A stretch of 64,000 nucleotides of DNA from Candidatus Latescibacterota bacterium (GTDB lineage: Bacteria > Latescibacterota > UBA2968 > UBA8231), in contig CBDCDC010000002.1 of assembly GCA_965215195.1 (NCBI GenBank), forward strand, positions 4,798,219 through 4,862,218, in the 5' to 3' direction. Under the pieces are notes generated by a model. It worked only from the letters and a program-made list of their open reading frames with translations, had not been told where the DNA came from and ran no database searches. Shown piece by piece: positions 57,647 through 64,000 of the stretch. A program made the translations under genes and the position numbers. Within the stretch, counting starts at the first letter, position 1; every line of letters starts with the position of its first letter.

Positions 57647-58604
57647 AGCCCCTTGCGGCGGCCGCGCTTCTAGGTCGAGCAGGTCGAAGAGGGCTTGGTC
57701 GGCGTCGGTGCCGGGGTGGGGGGGTAGTCAACAGGCGGTCGCCCGAGAAGATGGAATTGGCCCCGGCCAAAAAGCACAGAGCTTGTTCGGCCACCGAGAG
57801 CTGATCGCGGCCAGCCGAGAGGCGCACCATAGCCGAGGGAAAGAGGATGCGGGCGCAGGCGATCATGCGGACGAGCTCCCACGCGGTCGCCTTTTCGCGG
57901 TCGCCGAGCGGTGTGCCGGCGATGGGTACTAGGGCGTTGACCGGTATGGATTCCGGCGGCGTTGGTAGCTGTAAGAGCGCGCAGAGCAGGTCGATCCGGT
58001 CTTCGTCGCTTTCGCCCATGCCCAAGATGCCGCCGCAGCAGACCGAAATCCCGGCGCGGCCGACGTGGCCTAGGGTTTCGAGGCGGTCGCGATAGGTGCG
58101 GGTGGTGACGATTTCGGGGTAGTAGTTTTCCCCGCTGTCCAAGTTGTGGTTGTACGCGTGGAGGCCGGCTTCCCGCAGTCGGCGGGCTTGGTCGGCGTTG
58201 AGCATGCCCAAGGTGCAGCAGACTTCCATGCCGGTGGCGGCGACCGCGCGCACCATGTCCAACACGCGGTCGAACTCCGCGCCATCGCGGACTTGGCGCC
58301 AAGCCGCGCCCATGCAGAAGCGCGTGCTGCCGGCGGCCGCGGCGCACTCGGCGGCCTCTCGCACGGCGGCTAGCGACAGCAGGTCTTGGCGTTCGAGACC
58401 CGTATCGAAGTGGGCCGACTGCGAGCAATAGCTGCAATTTTCAGGACAGCCGCCGGTCTTGATCGAAAGCAGGGTGCAGACCTGTACTTGCCGCGGATCG
58501 TGGTGCGCACGATGAACGGTCGCGGCGCGGTACGCGAGGTCGAGTATGGGGCTTTTGTAGAGGGCGGCGATTTCCTCGCGCGTTGCGGGCGCATTCAGGC
58601 TCAT
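57599..58604 (-). CDS. bioB: Biotin synthase (one frameshift near the C-terminus)
   Basis: CPENCSYC, YNHNLD, VRLSAGR, GANSIF. Removing one G from the run at ~57718-57724 restores TPHPGTDADQALF and a stop at 57599. Confidence 0.92.
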
Positions 58605-58878
58605 AAGTCCTCGATCGGTTTGGTGGATGAGCGTCTAAAATCCGAGGTTTCGCCCGGCTTGGCAAGTTCGGCCGGAACGCGACTGCCGCGCAAATGGCTT
58701 GCTCCATCGCGCTCATTGGCTTTTATTTTGAGGCTGTTTGCGGGAGGTGAACGGATGTCTGGCCGATTGCAAGGCACTAAAGACTTTCGGCAGCGAATCA
58801 GGGCCCTGTTTTTCTCGACAGGTGGGGCTGGCTTAAACAGGGGCGTTTACTTTTGAAAGGGGTCGCGCAGTACGCATA

Positions 58879-60228
<1,350 letters not shown>

Positions 60229-60237
60229 GCGCATTCA

Positions 60238-61455
60238 ATGAAGGTTTTGCGAGATCTGCTCGACCAAGCCGAGCCTCTTTTCCACAAGGGGGGGCGGCTG
60301 GAAAAGTTCTACGCTCTATACGAGGCAGCCGATACATTTTTATATACGCCCGGTCGCGTCACTGAGGGGCCGACGCACGTGCGCGATGGCATTGACCTCA
60401 AGCGCACCATGATCACGGTCGTCGTCGCGCTTGTGCCCTGTATCTTCATGGCTATGTGGAACACTGGCTATCAGGTCAATCTGGCCATGCAGCAGATGGA
60501 GGCCACCACGACGGGCGAATGGCGCGGGATCATCATCGACATCCTCGGCATCGGCTACAATCCCGACAGCGCACTGGCCAACGTATTCCACGGCTTTCTC
60601 TATTTTTTTCCGGTCTTTTTGGTGTGCAATATGGTGGGCGGTCTGTGGGAGGGGCTTTTCGCGATGGTTCGCAAGCACGAGATCAACGAGGGCTTCTTGG
60701 TCACGGGCATGCTCTTTCCCTTGACCCTGCCGCCGACGATCCCACTGTGGCAGGTGGCCATCGGCATCAGTTTCGGGGTGGTGCTGGGCAAAGAGGTCTT
60801 CGGCGGCACCGGCAAGAATTTCCTCAATCCAGCGCTGACCGGGCGGGCCTTCCTCTATTTTGCGTATCCCGCCGAGATCACCGGCGACGCGATCTGGGTC
60901 GCGGCCGACGGCTTTACGCATGCTACTCCATTGGGGGCGGCTGCGGCCGACGGCATGGCGGCCTTTACCGGCTCGGTGACTTGGACGCAGGCCTTCTTGG
61001 GCGCGATCCCCGGGTCCATGGGCGAAACATCGACCCTCGCCTGCCTGATCGGCGCAGCCATCCTCATCGCGACTCGGGTCGGCTCTTGGCAAATCATCGC
61101 CAGCATGACGGTGGCTACGGTCGTCTGCGCTGAGTTGCTGTACGCGATTGGCAGCGATACCAACCCGATGTTCGAGATGGACGCGAGCTGGCATTTGGTG
61201 CTGGGCGGATATGCCTTTGGCTGCGTCTATATGGCGACCGACCCGGTGTCGGCGTCCATGACCCCGGCCGGCCGTTGGGTGTACGGGGCGCTCATAGGCT
61301 TTATGACCGTGCTGATCCGCGTGATCAACCCGGCCTTTCCCGAGGGCGTAATGCTGGCGATTCTCTTTGGCAATGTCTTCGCTCCCGCAATCGATCACGT
61401 GGTAATACAAGCCAACATTAAGCGCCGGCTGGCCCGCACCGCTGTCAGCTCTTAG
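60238..61455 (+). CDS. nqrB: Na+-NQR subunit B
   Basis: [33 protein letters not shown]. Confidence 0.95.
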   Translation: MKVLRDLLDQAEPLFHKGGRLEKFYALYEAADTFLYTPGRVTEGPTHVRDGIDLKRTMITVVVALVPCIFMAMWNTGYQVNLAMQQMEATTTGEWRGIIIDILGIGYNPDSALANVFHGFLYFFPVFLVCNMVGGLWEGLFAMVRKHEINEGFLVTGMLFPLTLPPTIPLWQVAIGISFGVVLGKEVFGGTGKNFLNPALTGRAFLYFAYPAEITGDAIWVAADGFTHATPLGAAAADGMAAFTGSVTWTQAFLGAIPGSMGETSTLACLIGAAILIATRVGSWQIIASMTVATVVCAELLYAIGSDTNPMFEMDASWHLVLGGYAFGCVYMATDPVSASMTPAGRWVYGALIGFMTVLIRVINPAFPEGVMLAILFGNVFAPAIDHVVIQANIKRRLARTAVSS

Positions 61456-61469
61456 GAGAGATAGACAAA

Positions 61470-62261
61470 GTGGCTAACGATTCAGTAGGTAGAACATTCG
61501 GCGTAGCGCTCGGCGTTTGCCTCGTCTGCTCGGTGCTGGTATCGGCGGCGGCCGTGTCGCTGCGGCCGACCCAGGCGATCAACAAGACGCTCGACAAGAA
61601 GCGCAATATCCTAATGGCTGCCGGCCTGCTCAAATCCGGCGAGGTCGCAGGCGGCGAGCGCGTCGAGGAGTTGTACCATAATATAAATCCCCGCGTCGTC
61701 GATTTGGCGACCGGGGAATACGTCGATGGAGTGGACCCTATCGCCTACGACCAGCGGCGGGCGGCCAAAGACCCGGCGCAGAGCGAGGTAGTTCCGGCCG
61801 ATGTGGATATCGCCAACGTCAAGCGCCGCGCCCTCCATGCCTCGGTGTACCTCGTTTCGCAGAAGGGCAAGATCAAAAAGGTCATCCTGCCCGTCCACGG
61901 CTTAGGGCTGTGGTCAACGCTCTATGGATTCGTGGCCCTCGATGCCAAGGATCTCAATACTATCCGCGGGCTAGTGTACTACGAGCACGCCGAGACTCCG
62001 GGTTTGGGGGGCGAGGTCGATAACCCGAGCTGGAAGGCCCTGTGGGACGGCAAAAAGGCCTTCGACGAAAGCGGCGCAGTGCGCATCGAGGTGATCCGGG
62101 GCAAGGTCGTTCAGGGACGGCCCGAAGCCCAGTATCAGGTTGATGGGCTGTCGGGTGCCACCATTACCTCGCGCGGCGTCCGGGACATGCTGCGCTACTG
62201 GCTGGGTGCAGAAGCCTTTGGGCCGTACTTGGCCAAGCTCAAAGAACGAGGAGTTAGTTAA
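61470..62261 (+). CDS. nqrC: Na+-NQR subunit C
   Basis: GLWST-YG, ETPGLGGE, VDGLSGATITS (FMN site). Confidence 0.95.
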   Translation: MANDSVGRTFGVALGVCLVCSVLVSAAAVSLRPTQAINKTLDKKRNILMAAGLLKSGEVAGGERVEELYHNINPRVVDLATGEYVDGVDPIAYDQRRAAKDPAQSEVVPADVDIANVKRRALHASVYLVSQKGKIKKVILPVHGLGLWSTLYGFVALDAKDLNTIRGLVYYEHAETPGLGGEVDNPSWKALWDGKKAFDESGAVRIEVIRGKVVQGRPEAQYQVDGLSGATITSRGVRDMLRYWLGAEAFGPYLAKLKERGVS

Positions 62262-62888
62262 ATGGCTGACAAACCAAGAGACGTCCTCTTCAGGCCGCTC
62301 TTTGACTCTAATCCCATTGCCTTGCTGAGCCTCGGTGTATGCTCGGCGCTGGCGGTGACGACCAAGTTGGAGACCACCGTCACCATGTGCCTTGGCGGTC
62401 ATTTTCGTGCTCTGCTGCTCCAACGTGGCCGTCAGCCTGATTCGCAACTTCATCCCGGCCAATATCCGCATTATCGTGGAGATGACGATCATCGCCTCGC
62501 TGGTGATTATCGTCGATCAGTTTCTGCGCGCCTATGCCTTTGAGATCAGCAAGCAGCTTTCGGTCTTCGTCGGGCTGATCATCACCAACTGCATCATCAT
62601 GGGGCGGGCCGAGGCTTTCGCCTTGCAGAACGGCCCCTAGGCTGAGCTTCCTCGACGGCTTGGGCAAACGCCTTGGGCTACAGCGTCATCCTGATGGTCG
62701 TCGGCGTGTTGCGCGAGCTATTTGGGTCGGGTTCGCTCTTGGGGGTGCAGATGTTCGCCTTGGCTGCCGAGGGGGGTTGGTACGCGCCCAACGGCCTGAT
62801 GCTCTTGCCGCCGAGTGCGTTCTTCATAATTGGCTTGTTTATATGGGTGCTTAGAACTTGGAAGAGCGAGCAAGTCGACAAGGAGTAA
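62262..62888 (+). CDS. nqrD: Na+-NQR subunit D (frameshifted)
   Basis: [35 protein letters not shown] across frames. Confidence 0.9.
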
Positions 62889-62894
62889 CCGAAC

Positions 62895-63506
62895 ATGGTC
62901 GAAGCCTATCTGAGCATATTTATGAAGTCCGTGTTCGTCGAGAACATGGCACTGGCCTTCTTTTTGGGGATGTGTACTTTTTTAGCTGTCTCCAAGGAGG
63001 TGCAGACGGCCTTCGGGCTTGGGATCGCCGTAATCGTGGTACAGACGGTTACCGTCCCGGCCAACAACCTAATCTACCAGTACCTGCTCAAGGAAGACGC
63101 CTTGGCGTGGGCGGGCTTGAGTGGGGTAGATCTGACCTTTGTAGGGCTGATTAGCTACATCGGCATCATCGCCGCCATGGTGCAGATCCTCGAGATGTTT
63201 CTCGACAAGTTCGTGCCGGCCCTCTACAATGCGCTGGGCATCTTCCTGCCCTTGATTACCGTCAATTGCGCGATTTTAGGCGGTTCGCTGTTCATGGTCG
63301 AGCGCGACTACAACTTCGGCGAGAGCGTGGTTTTCGGCTTTGGCTCGGGTTTTGGCTGGGCGCTGGCCATTGTCGCGCTGGCCGGCATCCGCGAGAAGAT
63401 GAAGTACAGCGACGTGCCCCCAGGGCTGCGCGGCCTCGGGATCACCTTCATCACAGTGGGCCTGATGTCTTTGGCCTTTATGTCCTTTTCCGGTATTCAG
63501 CTCTAA
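62895..63506 (+). CDS. nqrE: Na+-NQR subunit E
   Basis: [27 protein letters not shown]. Confidence 0.95.
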   Translation: MVEAYLSIFMKSVFVENMALAFFLGMCTFLAVSKEVQTAFGLGIAVIVVQTVTVPANNLIYQYLLKEDALAWAGLSGVDLTFVGLISYIGIIAAMVQILEMFLDKFVPALYNALGIFLPLITVNCAILGGSLFMVERDYNFGESVVFGFGSGFGWALAIVALAGIREKMKYSDVPPGLRGLGITFITVGLMSLAFMSFSGIQL

Positions 63507-63522
63507 AAGAAAAGAGCGTTTT

Positions 63523-64000
63523 ATGACTGAAGTCATTTCCGGCGTCGGCATGTTCACGGGCGTGGTGCTGGCCCTAGTGGCCATCATCTTGATCGCGCGC
63601 TCCCGGCTGGTGCCCAGCGGCAACGTGCGGATCCTCATCAACGACGATGAGAGCAAGGCCCTCTCCGTTCCAGCCGGAGGCAAGCTGCTCAACGTGCTGG
63701 CCGACAACAAGGTTTTCGTGTCTTCGGCCTGCGGCGGCGGCGGCACCTGCGCCCAGTGCAAGGTCAACATCTACGAGGGCGGCGGCGATATCTTGCAGAC
63801 CGAGACCAGCCACATTACCAAGCGCGAGGAGCGCGAGGGCGTGCGGCTCTCCTGCCAAGTCAACGTCAAGCAGGACATGAAGATCGAAGTGCCGCCCGAA
63901 GTGTTCTCGGTCAAGAAGTGGGAGTGCGAAGTCGTATCCAACGACAACGTGGCAACCTTTATAAAGGAATTTATCGTCAAGCTCCCCGAGGGCGAAACGC
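63523..64000 (+). CDS. nqrF: Na+-NQR subunit F (runs off the window end)
   Basis: [12 protein letters not shown] 2Fe-2S motif, [17 protein letters not shown]. Confidence 0.93.
   Translation, partial: MTEVISGVGMFTGVVLALVAIILIARSRLVPSGNVRILINDDESKALSVPAGGKLLNVLADNKVFVSSACGGGGTCAQCKVNIYEGGGDILQTETSHITKREEREGVRLSCQVNVKQDMKIEVPPEVFSVKKWECEVVSNDNVATFIKEFIVKLPEGET

Overview
High-GC bacterial chromosomal window. The backbone is housekeeping/catabolic: ACP-PlsC, lgt, oxidoreductases, sulfatase, ThDP enzyme, ABC transporters, slt, aceE-aceF-lpdA, panB, a bio cluster and nqrABCDEF. It is interrupted by lower-GC defence/toxin-antitoxin cargo in three places. (1) 3.9-14.9 kb: two ABC-ATPase + partner pairs, UPF0175 plus a truncated PIN toxin, a membrane-anchored ankyrin protein, an MmeI-like relic, a Dsr1-like sirtuin and a Fic protein. 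(2) 22.4-31.2 kb: a co-oriented block of XRE-HTH/ImmA peptidase, PIN, CapV-like phospholipase, CD-NTase, E2-like/SEC-C fusion, and type III Mod and Res. (3) 31.7-32.2 kb: a DUF4258/YgiT pair. The most notable signals are an atypical CBASS whose only ancillary protein is an E2 fused to a SEC-C zinc finger; integrase-free cargo cassettes bracketed by duplicated 3' ends of the upstream host gene; a 152-bp REP-carrying MITE with 8-bp target duplications (2 full copies plus 1 collapsed footprint); and an in-frame amber codon followed by a perfect 12-bp stem just upstream of the CBASS. Beyond ~50.5 kb many essential genes are frameshifted, most likely from long-read indel errors. All product calls come from motif recognition by eye; no database searches were run.
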